A DNA stretch of 64,000 nt from Desulfomonilia bacterium (GCA_050014195.1 JBEKDT010000001.1:256001-320000); one strand, 5' to 3'. Counted from the stretch's first letter, positions 50,713-61,729 are shown. The notes: generated by a model not told the origin, from the sequence alone. Translations and numbers: made by a program.

Positions 50713-50746
50713 TCTGGAGAGTTTTGTGAACTGAAATCAACATGGC

Positions 50747-52057
50747 GTGGAGGATGAGAACATGCTTGAGAACATACGACTGAAACCGGAAGGCATCAGC
50801 AAGATAAACAAGAAGATGGTTGTAGGCCTCCTCTGCGGTGTTTTCTTCATCGCTTTTGTCCTGTTCGGTGTCGGTATCGGGCCAAAGAAAAGCGGGGCTA
50901 CCCAAACCGTACAGGCAACCACGAATCCTGAAATAACAACCGAGACACGGGATAAAGTGAACCTGGAATCTTTTGATAAACTTCCAAAGACATATGGGGA
51001 GCAGATGAGAGGGAGCAAGGCAGGCGATGTGGCACAGAATGGCCAGCCTTCCTCTTACATGGACCCGAACATGCCAGGCATGAACAATGGTCAGACAGGT
51101 CCTCAGCAGCCCTATCAATACGGCTTTAACGGTGGTGATCCACGATACGGCAAGACACAGCCATATGACCCGTACACTCAGCCCACCCAAGGGGGAGGAG
51201 GTACGCAAGACTCGAAGAAACAGGCGCTTGACGAGGCCCGGAAATCGAAGATCTTTTTTTCAGAGACAAGCACTCCCACGAGAATGCAACAGGCATCGCC
51301 TGCGGCTGCCGTAACGCAAGCGCCGAACATGCCTTCAATGCCTCCGGGTATGATGCTGGCCCAGGCCCCGTGCGGCCAGGAGCCTTATACTGACCAGGCC
51401 AGGAAAAGGGCATTCCTCGATGAATCCAAGAAATCGGATGAAGCCATATATCTGGAGCACCAGATCCAGGAGCCTGCATCCCCTTATCAGGTCATGGCAG
51501 GCACTGTGCTCCCTGCAGTCCTGATTACCGGTATAAACTCCGACCTACCCGGGCAAATCATCGCCCAGCTGAGAGAGAACGTCTATGACTCGGTATCCGG
51601 CAAGTATCTTCTGATCCCGCAGGGAACCAAGCTGATCGGAACGTATGACAACCAGATCTCCTGGGGTCAGAACAGGGTCATGCAGGTATGGACCAGGATG
51701 ATATTCCCGGACGGATCATCGATTATCCTGAATGGCATGCAGGGAACCGACCTTTCCGGATACGCCGGTGCAAGTGACCAGGTTAATTATCACTATGGAA
51801 GAATCGCAGGAGCTGTCCTGTTGAGCACGTTCTTAAGCGTCGGGGCACAGCAGGCTGGAGGAAACAACTCGGAGGGCAATTATCCAACCGTCAGACAACA
51901 GATGGCAGGGCAAGCAGCAGGAGGATTCAACCAAGCAGGACAGAAGCTCCTCGATCGGGAGCTCAATGTCGCCCCTACAATCGAGATCAGGCCGGGGTAC
52001 AAGTTCAATGTTATGGTGAACCGGGACATGATCCTGAGGCCGTATTCGCTTCAATGA
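50747..52057 (+). CDS. trbI: TrbI/VirB10
   Basis: TM, Pro/Gln-rich linker, SPYQVMAGTVLPAVLITGINSDLPG, LLIPQG, PTIEIRPG. Confidence 0.95.
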   Translation: MEDENMLENIRLKPEGISKINKKMVVGLLCGVFFIAFVLFGVGIGPKKSGATQTVQATTNPEITTETRDKVNLESFDKLPKTYGEQMRGSKAGDVAQNGQPSSYMDPNMPGMNNGQTGPQQPYQYGFNGGDPRYGKTQPYDPYTQPTQGGGGTQDSKKQALDEARKSKIFFSETSTPTRMQQASPAAAVTQAPNMPSMPPGMMLAQAPCGQEPYTDQARKRAFLDESKKSDEAIYLEHQIQEPASPYQVMAGTVLPAVLITGINSDLPGQIIAQLRENVYDSVSGKYLLIPQGTKLIGTYDNQISWGQNRVMQVWTRMIFPDGSSIILNGMQGTDLSGYAGASDQVNYHYGRIAGAVLLSTFLSVGAQQAGGNNSEGNYPTVRQQMAGQAAGGFNQAGQKLLDRELNVAPTIEIRPGYKFNVMVNRDMILRPYSLQ

Positions 52058-52073
52058 GTGATGAGTATAATTG

Positions 52074-52598
52074 ATGTGGAGAAAAAAGGCCGAGCTGAAA
52101 CCATTGCTGTATGCTCTTCTGATTTTTGCTGGATTCATAATTGTATGCAAGGTTTTGAGCTATAAGATCATGTTCCAGATAACACCAAGTCTCCCTAAAG
52201 GAATTTATTGGATCGATCATCCGAACAGTATTGAAAAAGGAATGATCTGTGTCTTTGACATACCCCACAATGTTTATGGCCTGATGAAGACAAGAGGATG
52301 GCTCCCTGAACACTTCAGGTTTTATCTATCGAAACCATTGGTTGCAAAACAGGGGGATATAATCGAAGTCTCAGCAAACGGGCTTTATATTAACGGAAAG
52401 TATTTTGGACCTGTGAAACAGTATGATTCCCAAGGCCTCCCGTTACCCAGAATATACCGTAAATATATCCTTATGCAGTGGGAGTATTTCTTTGCCAGCT
52501 CATACACCAACAGCTTCGACAGCAGATATTTCGGAACAGTCAGGAAAGAGAATATCAGGTGGGTTGAAAAGCCTCTGCTAGTCTTCAGCTCTAATTGA
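52074..52598 (+). CDS. traF: Conjugative transfer S26 peptidase (pilin maturase)
   Basis: TPSLPKGIY, SK dyad region, DSQGLPLP, SFDSRYFG. Confidence 0.88.
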   Translation: MWRKKAELKPLLYALLIFAGFIIVCKVLSYKIMFQITPSLPKGIYWIDHPNSIEKGMICVFDIPHNVYGLMKTRGWLPEHFRFYLSKPLVAKQGDIIEVSANGLYINGKYFGPVKQYDSQGLPLPRIYRKYILMQWEYFFASSYTNSFDSRYFGTVRKENIRWVEKPLLVFSSN

Positions 52599-52622
52599 TC
52601 TGCCAAGGAGGAATGGAATGTT

Positions 52623-54404
52623 ATGAAGAGATACCCGGTACAAAGCCAGAGCTATGAAGGATTCGAGACCTGGTGGAACCAGATCCGCATGTCCATACAG
52701 ATGCACACCAAGATAGTATCAATACTATTATGCTTCCATGTTCTTCTGTTCTTTTTTGCCTGCTGGTACAAGATTGACAAAACCTCGATCCGTTCTGCCT
52801 CACAATGGCTTTTTGCTTATATTATGTGGCCGACCGCAAGACTGAGGTTCGTAAATACAAACGGTACAGTAGTATACGCTACTGCCCAGAGGATCGCAGC
52901 TTATGCGCCCCTGCGAGCCTATTCTATGTACGTATTCCATACAATGCGTAACCTCTTTTTCTGGTGTGCTTCGGTATATATCTTCTATATCCCTATCTGG
53001 ATGTTCTTCCACGATAAGGCAAAGTATCAGTCCGACCGGAGGCATATCCGTGGATCAAGGCTCAGCACGATTCAGGAATTCAATTATGAAGTGAAGAAAA
53101 GGAAAGATGAACCTGGACTTTCTGTCGGTAGCGTTCGCATGCCCAAATCTTTAGAACCCAGACACACTTTCATTATAGGAGGACCTGGAGCAGGAAAAAC
53201 AAACTGTGCGGCCCAGATCATTGAAGATTTAAAGAAGCGGAATGCACAGGCAATCATATATGACTTCAAAGGGGATTATCTCAGAAGGTTTTATAACCAG
53301 GAAACGGACATCATTTTCAATCCTCTCGATGCAAGATCCGTAGGGTGGAACCTTTTCAATGAGATCGAGACTCCGATGGATATCGATGCCATTGCTACTT
53401 CACTTATTCCCCATTCCATCTCTCAGATGGATACATTCTTCCCAGATGCGGCACGAGATGTTTTTGCCGGGATTCTTCATTATCTGTACCACGAAAACCA
53501 GAGGAGCAATCAGCATATCTGGGATACCGTTACTTCAAGGGCAGAATATGTTCTAGAAAAACTGCAGAGCATTGATGAAGGCAAGGGGGCAGCAAAGCAT
53601 ATTGAATTGCCTGAATCCACACAATCCCTGGGAGTTTTCGGCACCTTGATGGAATACGCAAAGGGTCTTAAGTACATGGCTAAAATAGATGGCCAATTCA
53701 AAATCAAGGACTGGCTGCAAAATGGGAAAGGGATGATCTACATCACGAATTACTCGATCATTCAGGAGGCCCTCCGGCCTATCCTCTCACTCTTTGTGGA
53801 TTTACTCGGGAGGCAGGTGCTGTCCCTGTCGGAATCAACAGAGAGGAGGATCTTTTTCCTCCTGGATGAGTTTGGGACTCTACAACGGCTTCCTACTATA
53901 GTAAAGCTTCTGACAATGGCTCGGAGCAAAGGAGGATGCGTATTTATAGGTATCCAGGACTATGGGCAGATCGACCAGACATACTCCGTCAATCATAGGC
54001 AGAGCATTATCAATGCCTGTGGGAACAAGATCATCTTTAATGTGGATGATCCCACATCCGCAAAGGTTAGCTCCGATATCTTGAGTGAAACGGAATACAT
54101 TGAAATGAATAAAACCCGGTCCATGGGTGTGAACGATAATCGGGACGGGACCTCCCTTGCTGAACGGACAAAGAGAGAAAGTCTCATCATGCCTGCAGAG
54201 CTCATGAAGCTTCCTGATCTTACCGCTATCGTCAGGTTCAAGGCCTTTGATCCTCTGATAAGCACATTCAAGTACAAGATTTATCCGGATAAGGCACCTG
54301 TGCTTGTTATGAGGGATGATCTCCTTTTGAAACCAAATCCCAAGGTTAAGAAGCCCTCTCCTGCTGAAGTTGAAGAAAGCATATTGCAAGCTATATCCCA
54401 ATAA
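52623..54404 (+). CDS. Type IV coupling protein, TrwB/TraD-like
   Basis: Two TM segments, HTFIIGGPGAGKT, YDFKG, NPLDARS, LDEFGTLQRL, ARSKGG, GIQDYGQ, ELMKLPDL. Confidence 0.88.
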   Translation: MKRYPVQSQSYEGFETWWNQIRMSIQMHTKIVSILLCFHVLLFFFACWYKIDKTSIRSASQWLFAYIMWPTARLRFVNTNGTVVYATAQRIAAYAPLRAYSMYVFHTMRNLFFWCASVYIFYIPIWMFFHDKAKYQSDRRHIRGSRLSTIQEFNYEVKKRKDEPGLSVGSVRMPKSLEPRHTFIIGGPGAGKTNCAAQIIEDLKKRNAQAIIYDFKGDYLRRFYNQETDIIFNPLDARSVGWNLFNEIETPMDIDAIATSLIPHSISQMDTFFPDAARDVFAGILHYLYHENQRSNQHIWDTVTSRAEYVLEKLQSIDEGKGAAKHIELPESTQSLGVFGTLMEYAKGLKYMAKIDGQFKIKDWLQNGKGMIYITNYSIIQEALRPILSLFVDLLGRQVLSLSESTERRIFFLLDEFGTLQRLPTIVKLLTMARSKGGCVFIGIQDYGQIDQTYSVNHRQSIINACGNKIIFNVDDPTSAKVSSDILSETEYIEMNKTRSMGVNDNRDGTSLAERTKRESLIMPAELMKLPDLTAIVRFKAFDPLISTFKYKIYPDKAPVLVMRDDLLLKPNPKVKKPSPAEVEESILQAISQ

Positions 54405-54417
54405 AGGAGCAACTCAT

Positions 54418-55374
54418 ATGGACTTCCGAAAACGTGAACAGCAAATGAACAGTAGAGTCTATGACATGCTCACGAGTTCCTTTGGCCCAACCATTCAGGA
54501 TCTTATGCGGGATAAAGATGTGATCGAGATTATGCTCAATCCTGATGGTTGTCTGTGGGTTGACCGGTTAAGTACAGGAAGGTCCTATACAGGTCAAGAC
54601 ATGAGCGCTGCTGATGCTGAACGGATTATACGAATAGTCAGCTCAAAGACAAATACCATATGCAATGCGGATAACCCCATTATCTCTGCAGAGCTTCCGG
54701 GATCAGGAGAACGGTTTCAAGGGATGCTCTCGCCGGTGGTGGAAAAGCCAACCATCACGATTCGGAAAAAGGCCCTCATGGTCTACACCCTGGAGGATTA
54801 CGTGAACCAGGGGATAATGACCGGGAAAGCTGCCGACTTTCTGAAAAAGGCGGTCCGGGATAAACAGAACATACTGGTTGTGGGCGGGACTGGTTCCGGA
54901 AAGACGACACTGGCCAATGCTATCCTTGCCGAGATAGCTCGATACGAGGATCGTATTGTGCTCATAGAAGATACCCTTGAACTTCAGTGCGAGGTCAAGG
55001 ATTGTGTCTCGTTAAGAACTTGTGATGCAGCGAATATCACCACCTTGCTAAAGGCAACCATGCGCTTGCGTCCTGACAGAATCATTGTTGGAGAAGTGCG
55101 GGGAGGGGAAGCCTTGGGCCTGCTGAAAGCATGGAATACAGGACATCCTGGCGGTTTATGCACTATCCATGCGAATGGTCCGAGAGAAGGGCTTATCCGG
55201 ATTGAGCAGCTCGTCCAGGAGGTGGTGCCCGGAGTGCCGCGAAGCTTGATTGCAGCAACAGTAAATGTCTTAGTATACATCAAGAGAGAAGGGCATGGGC
55301 GGAAGGTTGAGAGCATAGCCACTGTTGAGGGTTGCAGGGACGATGAGTATATGTTGAGGTTTCTGGAGGGGTAA
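54418..55374 (+). CDS. trbB: TrbB/VirB11 ATPase
   Basis: EIMLNPDG, GGTGSGKTT, IEDTLE, MRLRPDRIIVGEVRG, LLKAWNTGHPGG; RBS AAGGAG before ATG 54418. Confidence 0.95.
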   Translation: MDFRKREQQMNSRVYDMLTSSFGPTIQDLMRDKDVIEIMLNPDGCLWVDRLSTGRSYTGQDMSAADAERIIRIVSSKTNTICNADNPIISAELPGSGERFQGMLSPVVEKPTITIRKKALMVYTLEDYVNQGIMTGKAADFLKKAVRDKQNILVVGGTGSGKTTLANAILAEIARYEDRIVLIEDTLELQCEVKDCVSLRTCDAANITTLLKATMRLRPDRIIVGEVRGGEALGLLKAWNTGHPGGLCTIHANGPREGLIRIEQLVQEVVPGVPRSLIAATVNVLVYIKREGHGRKVESIATVEGCRDDEYMLRFLEG

Positions 55375-55755
55375 GTGGATAAGCGAGAAGGTATTGTCTC
55401 GGATGTCCGGCAGAATCTATTCAAGGTGGGTGACTGTTTTGTGAAGGTGGCATTCGGAGAACCTCCGGTTGTGAGTAATGGAGACCAAGTAGTCATTGTA
55501 GGGTTTCTTCGACGTGGGCTCATAACCCCATATGCCTGCAACAACATCACGAAGCAGCTAATGTGGCATCTGTCCTATACTCTTCATCTGTTAGCCGGGA
55601 TTCTTGTGCTTTTGTGCGGGATTTTTGTGATATTGGGTTCTACGACATGGTTGATAGTCCTTGGATGTTTGGTAAACCTCATTGGCATCTTGATGATAAT
55701 CAAAGGAGTTGTTATTCTAAGGGCAATAAGATCGGTTTCTATACCTCGCACATAA
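55375..55755 (+). CDS. Hypothetical membrane protein
   Basis: GTG directly after the trbB stop; two C-terminal TM segments. Confidence 0.6.
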   Translation: MDKREGIVSDVRQNLFKVGDCFVKVAFGEPPVVSNGDQVVIVGFLRRGLITPYACNNITKQLMWHLSYTLHLLAGILVLLCGIFVILGSTTWLIVLGCLVNLIGILMIIKGVVILRAIRSVSIPRT

Positions 55756-55764
55756 GAAAGGGCA

Positions 55765-55974
55765 GTGATGATCGCATTAAAATCTACATCTAGTGATGGG
55801 GCTTCATTTAAAGTTTATAAAAACAATATACTCATTGGTCATATCCATAAACAAAAGGGTTTGTCCGGCGATAAGTATCAGCCAGCAATCGATAAGGGTG
55901 GAGAAGAAGAGCGTGCCGCTAAGGTTTTTGATAGCCCCAATGATGCCTTGCAGTGGATTGAGAAACAACTATAA
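55765..55974 (+). CDS. Small hypothetical protein
   Basis: 69-aa ORF continuing the operon; RBS-like AAGGG. Confidence 0.5.
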   Translation: MMIALKSTSSDGASFKVYKNNILIGHIHKQKGLSGDKYQPAIDKGGEEERAAKVFDSPNDALQWIEKQL

Positions 55975-56209
55975 TCATAGAAATTAACAGCCCCCTGACC
56001 TGTTAACTTTTGAAGATTATCAATGTAAATATTCAGTTTAATCATAGCGTTGACTATGGTACAATAACCTATGATTATAAGTCTAATAAAGATGAACCCA
56101 AGTGGATTATTTCAGCCAATTATGCTATAGATTCTTTAGTGTGATGACTTTGCATCTTTGATTCCCACCAAGGCACAGACAAGACAGATTTGCAAGAAAG
56201 GTCATATTT

Positions 56210-57817
56210 ATGCACATAAAAAAAATTAAAATTGAAGGGTATAAGAGTTTTCGTAATTTTGAATTGGACTTAAACAAAACACTTAATGTCATTGTAGGTG
56301 ATAATGAGACTGGGAAGTCTACTTTGCTTGAGGCAATCAACCTTGTACTATCCTACCAACTTGAAGGTCGCAGCATACAGTATGAATTAAATCCCTACAT
56401 CTTTAATGGTGCCATAGTTCGAAACTACTTTAATGCCATTAAAAATGGGGAAAATCCATCCCCTCCTCAAATCCTAATAGAGGCATACCTTGATGATGTT
56501 GAAAGCGGTGAATTATCAAAGCTTAAGGGAACGAACAATACAGCTGGCGAAGACTGTCCAGGATTATACTTGAAAGTTGTATTGAACGATGATTTTACTA
56601 AAGACTTCATGGATTACACCCATGCAGATGATAATCCATGCATACTACCGACTGAGTACTACACAATTGTATGGCGATCTTTCGCAGATAATTCAGTGGC
56701 AACCAGGAATCTACCGTTTCGTGCAAAAATAATCGATACAAGTCTTGTCAGAGGATACATAGGGCCAAACAAATACCTCTCAAGAATAATCAATGATGTC
56801 TTGGAGGACGATAATCAACGGCTTTCTATGTCCCTGGCTTATAGAAAGCTTAAATATCTATTCATGAATGAGGATGGTATAAAAAAAGTAAATGCCCACT
56901 TGGCAAATAAAAAGGGCGATGTTACTGAAAAAACCCTTACCGTATCAATGGATATGTCTGCACGGTCAACATGGGATAGCAGTATAACGGCACATTTAGA
57001 TGACATACCCTTCGACCTCATTGGAAAAGGAGAACAATGCCGTGTACAAATGAAGCTTGCTATTGAAGCAGCAGGCGATTCGAATGTATTGCTGATAGAG
57101 GAACCCGAAAATCATCTATCACACTCAAACATGTGTAAATTGTTAGATGAAATCACACAAAGAGGTGCTGATAGGCAAGTGATTCTCACAACCCATAGTA
57201 ATTTTGTTTTGAATAAACTCGGAATTGATAATGTGAAACTACTTTCCTCCGGCAAAACTATGACTCTTTCCGATCTGTCTCCAGACACCAAAGACTACTT
57301 TATGAAGCTTCCTGGGTACGACACCTTAAGACTGATTCTATCGTTTAAAACGATTCTTGTAGAGGGACCTTCCGATGAGTTGATCGTACAAAAGGCATAT
57401 AAGAAACAGCATGGGAAACTGCCCATAGAGAATGGTATTGACGTTATTACAGTAGGTTCCCTTGCTTTCAAAAGATTCCTTGAGATAGGAAAATTACTTA
57501 ACCTTGATATCCGTGTTGTTACAGACAATGATGGAAATGTTGATTCAATTAAGGAAAAATATAGGGATTATCTTGGTAGACAGGCCGGGAATATAAAGAT
57601 TTACTATGATACTGATGAAAACTACCCTACATTGGAGCCTCAATTACTCAAGGCAAACTCGTTAGATGTTCTGAATGGAGTGTTGGGGAAAGATTTTACA
57701 AATGAAAATGATCTTCTTAATTATATGGACAAAAACAAAACAGATATAGCCCTCAAGATATTCAACTCTGATAAGCTCCTAACTTTTCCGAGTTATATAC
57801 AAAATGCAGTCATCTGA
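56210..57817 (+). CDS. gajA: Gabija GajA-like OLD-family nuclease (ABC ATPase plus TOPRIM)
   Basis: GDNETGKST, GKGEQ, IEEPENHLSH, TTHS, TOPRIM LVEGPSDE and TDND; overlaps downstream UvrD-like gene. Confidence 0.85.
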   Translation: MHIKKIKIEGYKSFRNFELDLNKTLNVIVGDNETGKSTLLEAINLVLSYQLEGRSIQYELNPYIFNGAIVRNYFNAIKNGENPSPPQILIEAYLDDVESGELSKLKGTNNTAGEDCPGLYLKVVLNDDFTKDFMDYTHADDNPCILPTEYYTIVWRSFADNSVATRNLPFRAKIIDTSLVRGYIGPNKYLSRIINDVLEDDNQRLSMSLAYRKLKYLFMNEDGIKKVNAHLANKKGDVTEKTLTVSMDMSARSTWDSSITAHLDDIPFDLIGKGEQCRVQMKLAIEAAGDSNVLLIEEPENHLSHSNMCKLLDEITQRGADRQVILTTHSNFVLNKLGIDNVKLLSSGKTMTLSDLSPDTKDYFMKLPGYDTLRLILSFKTILVEGPSDELIVQKAYKKQHGKLPIENGIDVITVGSLAFKRFLEIGKLLNLDIRVVTDNDGNVDSIKEKYRDYLGRQAGNIKIYYDTDENYPTLEPQLLKANSLDVLNGVLGKDFTNENDLLNYMDKNKTDIALKIFNSDKLLTFPSYIQNAVI

Positions 57818-58892
57818 TAACAGGATAATTATAGCATCAGCTGGCTCTGGTAAAACAACGTTTTTGATAAAAGAAGCACTGTCTCTACCAGACAGAAAAA
57901 TCTTAATACTCACATATACCAATAACAATATTAATGAGATCAGAAACAAGTTCTATAAGATATATGGTGGCATTCCTAAACATGTTGATGTGATGACATG
58001 GTTTTCCTTTCTATTGCATGAGTGCGCAAGACCATATCAGCGTTCAGTTTATTCAAGTGATAGGGTGAAGACAATCTATTATCCAAAAGGTCGTTCAGCC
58101 CTTTATGTGCCCTACAACGAGACCGAAAGATACTATTTCAAGAATGGTGATGAGATATATTCTGATAAAATTGCACGTTTTATAATCGATTGCGAAAACA
58201 ACTCAAAGGGTCTCGTGACAAAGAGGCTGGCAGATATTTATAATGAGATTTATATTGATGAATTTCAGGACTTATCCGGTTGGGATTTAGATCTATTGGA
58301 AATCTTATTACAGGTCGGAATTCGCATGGTAATAGTGGGAGATCCTAGACAATGCACCTACACAACAAATAATTCTGCCAGGAATTGCCAATGTTGCGGT
58401 ATGGGGATGCTGGATTTGATATGTCAATGGGAAGCAAACAACCTATGTTGTATTGAAAAACTCGCAAGAAGTTATAGATGTAACCAACAGATATGTGATT
58501 TTGCCGACTTGCTGTGGCCTGACATGGAGAAAACGGTTTCTCATAACCACAAGACCACTGATCATGATGGTATATTCATTGTGTCGGAAGATTACATACA
58601 CGAATACGTTAAAACCTTTTTCCCAAAGGTTCTCAGATACAATAAAACAGCTAACACCTATGGCTATGGTGCACAGAATTTCGGGGCGGTTAAAGGCTTG
58701 GAATTTGAAAGAGTTCTGATTATTCCACATGGTCCGATGAAAAAATATCTCCATACAGGGAATTTGAATGATGTCAGAAAATCTTTAGAACTGTTCTATG
58801 TGGCTATTACAAGGGCAAAACAGAGTGTTGCTTTCCTGTATGATGAGAAATGTGGGTGCGGATGTATTCATTGGAAGCCCAAACTCAACTGA
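57804..58892 (+). CDS. gajB: Gabija GajB-like UvrD helicase
   Basis: ASAGSGKT, LTYTN, IDEFQD, VGDPRQ, SYRC, KGLEF, YVAITRAK. Confidence 0.85.
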   Translation: MQSSDNRIIIASAGSGKTTFLIKEALSLPDRKILILTYTNNNINEIRNKFYKIYGGIPKHVDVMTWFSFLLHECARPYQRSVYSSDRVKTIYYPKGRSALYVPYNETERYYFKNGDEIYSDKIARFIIDCENNSKGLVTKRLADIYNEIYIDEFQDLSGWDLDLLEILLQVGIRMVIVGDPRQCTYTTNNSARNCQCCGMGMLDLICQWEANNLCCIEKLARSYRCNQQICDFADLLWPDMEKTVSHNHKTTDHDGIFIVSEDYIHEYVKTFFPKVLRYNKTANTYGYGAQNFGAVKGLEFERVLIIPHGPMKKYLHTGNLNDVRKSLELFYVAITRAKQSVAFLYDEKCGCGCIHWKPKLN

Positions 58893-59175
58893 TAGTGAAT
58901 ATTTATGTGATAACTCATCTGCCTCAATCTTTGAGTATCAACCGTTGATCCCTTCGATTTCGTCATGGTTTTGAGAAGGCGGAAAACTGAACATCATGGT
59001 TTCAAATCTATGATATCAAGGCTACAGGCTCAGAGCGCCTATCCTTTCACTCCACGTTAGAACAACCAGGAGGTCAGCTCAAAGTGGATTATTCCATAAT
59101 AATATGATATAATTATTTCAGTATCATATGACATTTCAACTGTGATTCCCTACTGACAACAAAGTGAGGTCAATT

Positions 59176-59952
59176 ATGAAATATTCATCGAGAGCCATTA
59201 TAAGTATCCTTACAATACTCATTCTTTCAGCTAATGCTCAAGCATGGTCATCAATAACCCACATACTTATTGCCCAAGAGGCTGGTATTGCAAATCCTGA
59301 AACAGCATGTTTCCCTGATCTCTCCAGGAATGAAGAATATGCCTTATTAGTTCCGTATCACTGGCATGATGCTGCTCCTAATACCATTGTTACTCCGGAA
59401 TATATTGACCGGTATAAGATATCCGAAGGTACTTATCAAAAATTGGGTTCTCCAGGATCACAACCAATCAAGATTAGAGTTCCCGATTCATCCGGGGTCT
59501 TATACTGGGAGATAGTGCAGCTTTATAAAAAGCTGAAAGGGGCAAGGGGATGGGAGTATGATTATTATCTCGGTAACATAGCCCATTATGTCGGTGATCT
59601 ATCTCAACCTCTTCATAATTTCCCCTATGATAGCTCTTCTGCCGGTGATGGGAAGGTATATCCTGAAATAGGCAAGTGGAGCAAAGAACATCACGCTGAA
59701 TTTGATGATGCATTAGATTCCGTCTTACCTCTTAGCACAGAAAAGAAGCGAGCTTTTGAAAAGATGGTAACTCCGATTCAAATCAAATCCATTGATGATC
59801 TTAAGAAGGAGATTTCAAAGATAGCAAATAGCTCAATCGGCTTGGCTAATAAGTGTTACGCACAGAAGAGAATCATTACCGAGGATGAAGCTTTGAAGCA
59901 GGTGGCTATGTCGGTTTCTTTGTTAAAAGCAATCATTGACAGCACTAAGTGA
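59176..59952 (+). CDS. Secreted S1/P1 nuclease or Zn-dependent phospholipase C family protein
   Basis: Signal peptide ending AQA then WSSITH (W1/H6 Zn ligands), WHD, AHYVGDLSQPLH, HHAEFD. Confidence 0.72.
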   Translation: MKYSSRAIISILTILILSANAQAWSSITHILIAQEAGIANPETACFPDLSRNEEYALLVPYHWHDAAPNTIVTPEYIDRYKISEGTYQKLGSPGSQPIKIRVPDSSGVLYWEIVQLYKKLKGARGWEYDYYLGNIAHYVGDLSQPLHNFPYDSSSAGDGKVYPEIGKWSKEHHAEFDDALDSVLPLSTEKKRAFEKMVTPIQIKSIDDLKKEISKIANSSIGLANKCYAQKRIITEDEALKQVAMSVSLLKAIIDSTK

Positions 59953-60013
59953 AATATACCCTCCTTAACTTTGAGTATGTAAAATTGATTTAGGTGAACG
60001 AGAAGAAAGAGAA

Positions 60014-61273
60014 TTAAGCCTTTACTACCGGGATATCTGTCCATGATGTTGTGAATTGGGGAGATCGCCTTGTCTGCCTCATCCACCATGGCCGAGCGAA
60101 GCCGGAGGAGGCATGGATGAGAGTGCCTCTGCCCCATCGTCTGTTTACATCATCCACGGTTTGCATGAGTTTTAGCTCTCGTTCCCCTTCACGACTGGTG
60201 TGGAAAAGGTTCATTTGTACCTGTCCTCTTTGACATATTCCAGAGAGCATTACTCCGGCCTTCCTATATGCCGGACCTCTCCTGTATACACGTTCAAGAA
60301 GGGCCTTGGCATACCTTATGAGATCAGGGGTGTACGAGGTGGCAACAGGAATTGTAGTGGAGCAGAAATGAGTCCTTGGATGCCCATCATTGAATGGAAA
60401 CTCGATGAGCATCACTTGGATGATAGATGCGGCAGAATTCTGTTCTCTCAGCTTCTCCGATACTCTCGATGTGTAAGCAGCAACCGCCTCTTTGAGCTCG
60501 TCCAGGGTGTAGACCTTACGTCCGAAGGATCTGGAGCACATGATGGACTTTTTGGGTTGCTCTCCTTCATCAAGGGGTATGCAGGACGTACCTCTAAGCT
60601 CCATAACCGTGCGCAAGCCCACGACCGTCATGTGCTTTCTCACCCAGGAATCAGATGCATTCCTCAAGTCCAACGCCGTCAAGATCCCGTGTCGCCTGAG
60701 GAGCTTGGTATACTGCCAACCAACCCCCCATACATCTCCCACATCAATGTCGGCGAGGGTTTCTATGTGGTCTGTGATATCGAATACTCCTTGATATTCA
60801 GGCAGCTTCTTCACTAGCTTTGCAGCAGCCTTAGCAAGTGTTTTGGAGGGAGCTATCCCGATGGACACAGGAATGCCGACCCATCTTTTTACGGTCTTCC
60901 TGATAATTCTTCCATACTCAGTGAGGTTCTCAGGAATGCCGGTGAGATCTAGAAAGGCCTCATCTATTGAATAGACCTCCATCTCGGGAGTAAAGGTAGC
61001 AAGTGTCCCCATCACACGGGCAGACAGATCGCCATATAGCGGGAAGTTAGATGAAAAGACGTGCACCTTGTTTTTTGCTATGAGGGTTTGACACTGATGC
61101 AGAGGCTCTCCCATCTTGATGCCCAAGGCCTTAGCTTCGTTTGATCTGGCTATGATGCACCCATCATTGTTTGAAAGTACGACGACCGGTTTACCTTCAA
61201 TAGAAGGGTTAAAAATACGTTCGCAGGATGCATAAAAGTTGTTGCAGTCTACCAGAGCAAAGATCTGTTCCAT
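60014..61273 (-). CDS. umuC: Y-family DNA polymerase V subunit
   Basis: LVDCNNFYASCE, VVLSNNDGC, YSIDEAF, SRSFG, SPQFTTSW. Confidence 0.95.
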   Translation of the reverse strand: MEQIFALVDCNNFYASCERIFNPSIEGKPVVVLSNNDGCIIARSNEAKALGIKMGEPLHQCQTLIAKNKVHVFSSNFPLYGDLSARVMGTLATFTPEMEVYSIDEAFLDLTGIPENLTEYGRIIRKTVKRWVGIPVSIGIAPSKTLAKAAAKLVKKLPEYQGVFDITDHIETLADIDVGDVWGVGWQYTKLLRRHGILTALDLRNASDSWVRKHMTVVGLRTVMELRGTSCIPLDEGEQPKKSIMCSRSFGRKVYTLDELKEAVAAYTSRVSEKLREQNSAASIIQVMLIEFPFNDGHPRTHFCSTTIPVATSYTPDLIRYAKALLERVYRRGPAYRKAGVMLSGICQRGQVQMNLFHTSREGERELKLMQTVDDVNRRWGRGTLIHASSGFARPWWMRQTRRSPQFTTSWTDIPVVKA

Positions 61274-61276
61274 GGA

Positions 61277-61729
61277 TCACACCTTGTGGATTACGTAAGA
61301 AACGACTCCCCACACTTCCACCTGCATGCCCTCCGTTATCTCGATAGGCTTAAAATGAGGATTTTCAGCCAGGAGGAAACATCTGCCATCGATGTGGTGA
61401 TACTTTTTCACTGTAAAGTCGCCATTGACCATGGCAATCACTACATTACCCGATTTTGGTTCCAAAGCTCTGTCTACGATGAGGATATCACCGGTATGAA
61501 TACCCGCCCCGGTCATCGAATCTCCTGCAACTCGGACAAAGAATGTTGCAGACGGATGTTTGATGAGAAAATCGTTGAGGTCGAGATTCTTTTCAATGCT
61601 GTCTTCTGCCGGTGAGGGGAATCCGGCAGATATGCCTACAGAGAAGAGAGGTATCTTGAGGCTAGTCTTGCTTTCGAAGCCCCAGATTTCTGTAACACGC
61701 AATTCGTTTTTTTCTGAGTTTTTTATCAC
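61277..61729 (-). CDS. umuD: S24 peptidase, polymerase V accessory subunit
   Basis: SAGFPSPA cleavage site, GDSM, FTVKK, VWGVV. Confidence 0.93.
   Translation of the reverse strand: MIKNSEKNELRVTEIWGFESKTSLKIPLFSVGISAGFPSPAEDSIEKNLDLNDFLIKHPSATFFVRVAGDSMTGAGIHTGDILIVDRALEPKSGNVVIAMVNGDFTVKKYHHIDGRCFLLAENPHFKPIEITEGMQVEVWGVVSYVIHKV

Noticed and set aside
55984-56011. TTAACAG-N9-CTGTTAA followed by T-run
   Set aside because: AT-rich stem with a long loop; too weak to call a terminator or operator.
56210-58892. OLD nuclease plus UvrD pair as a novel system
   Set aside because: Matches the known Gabija architecture; listed as features only.
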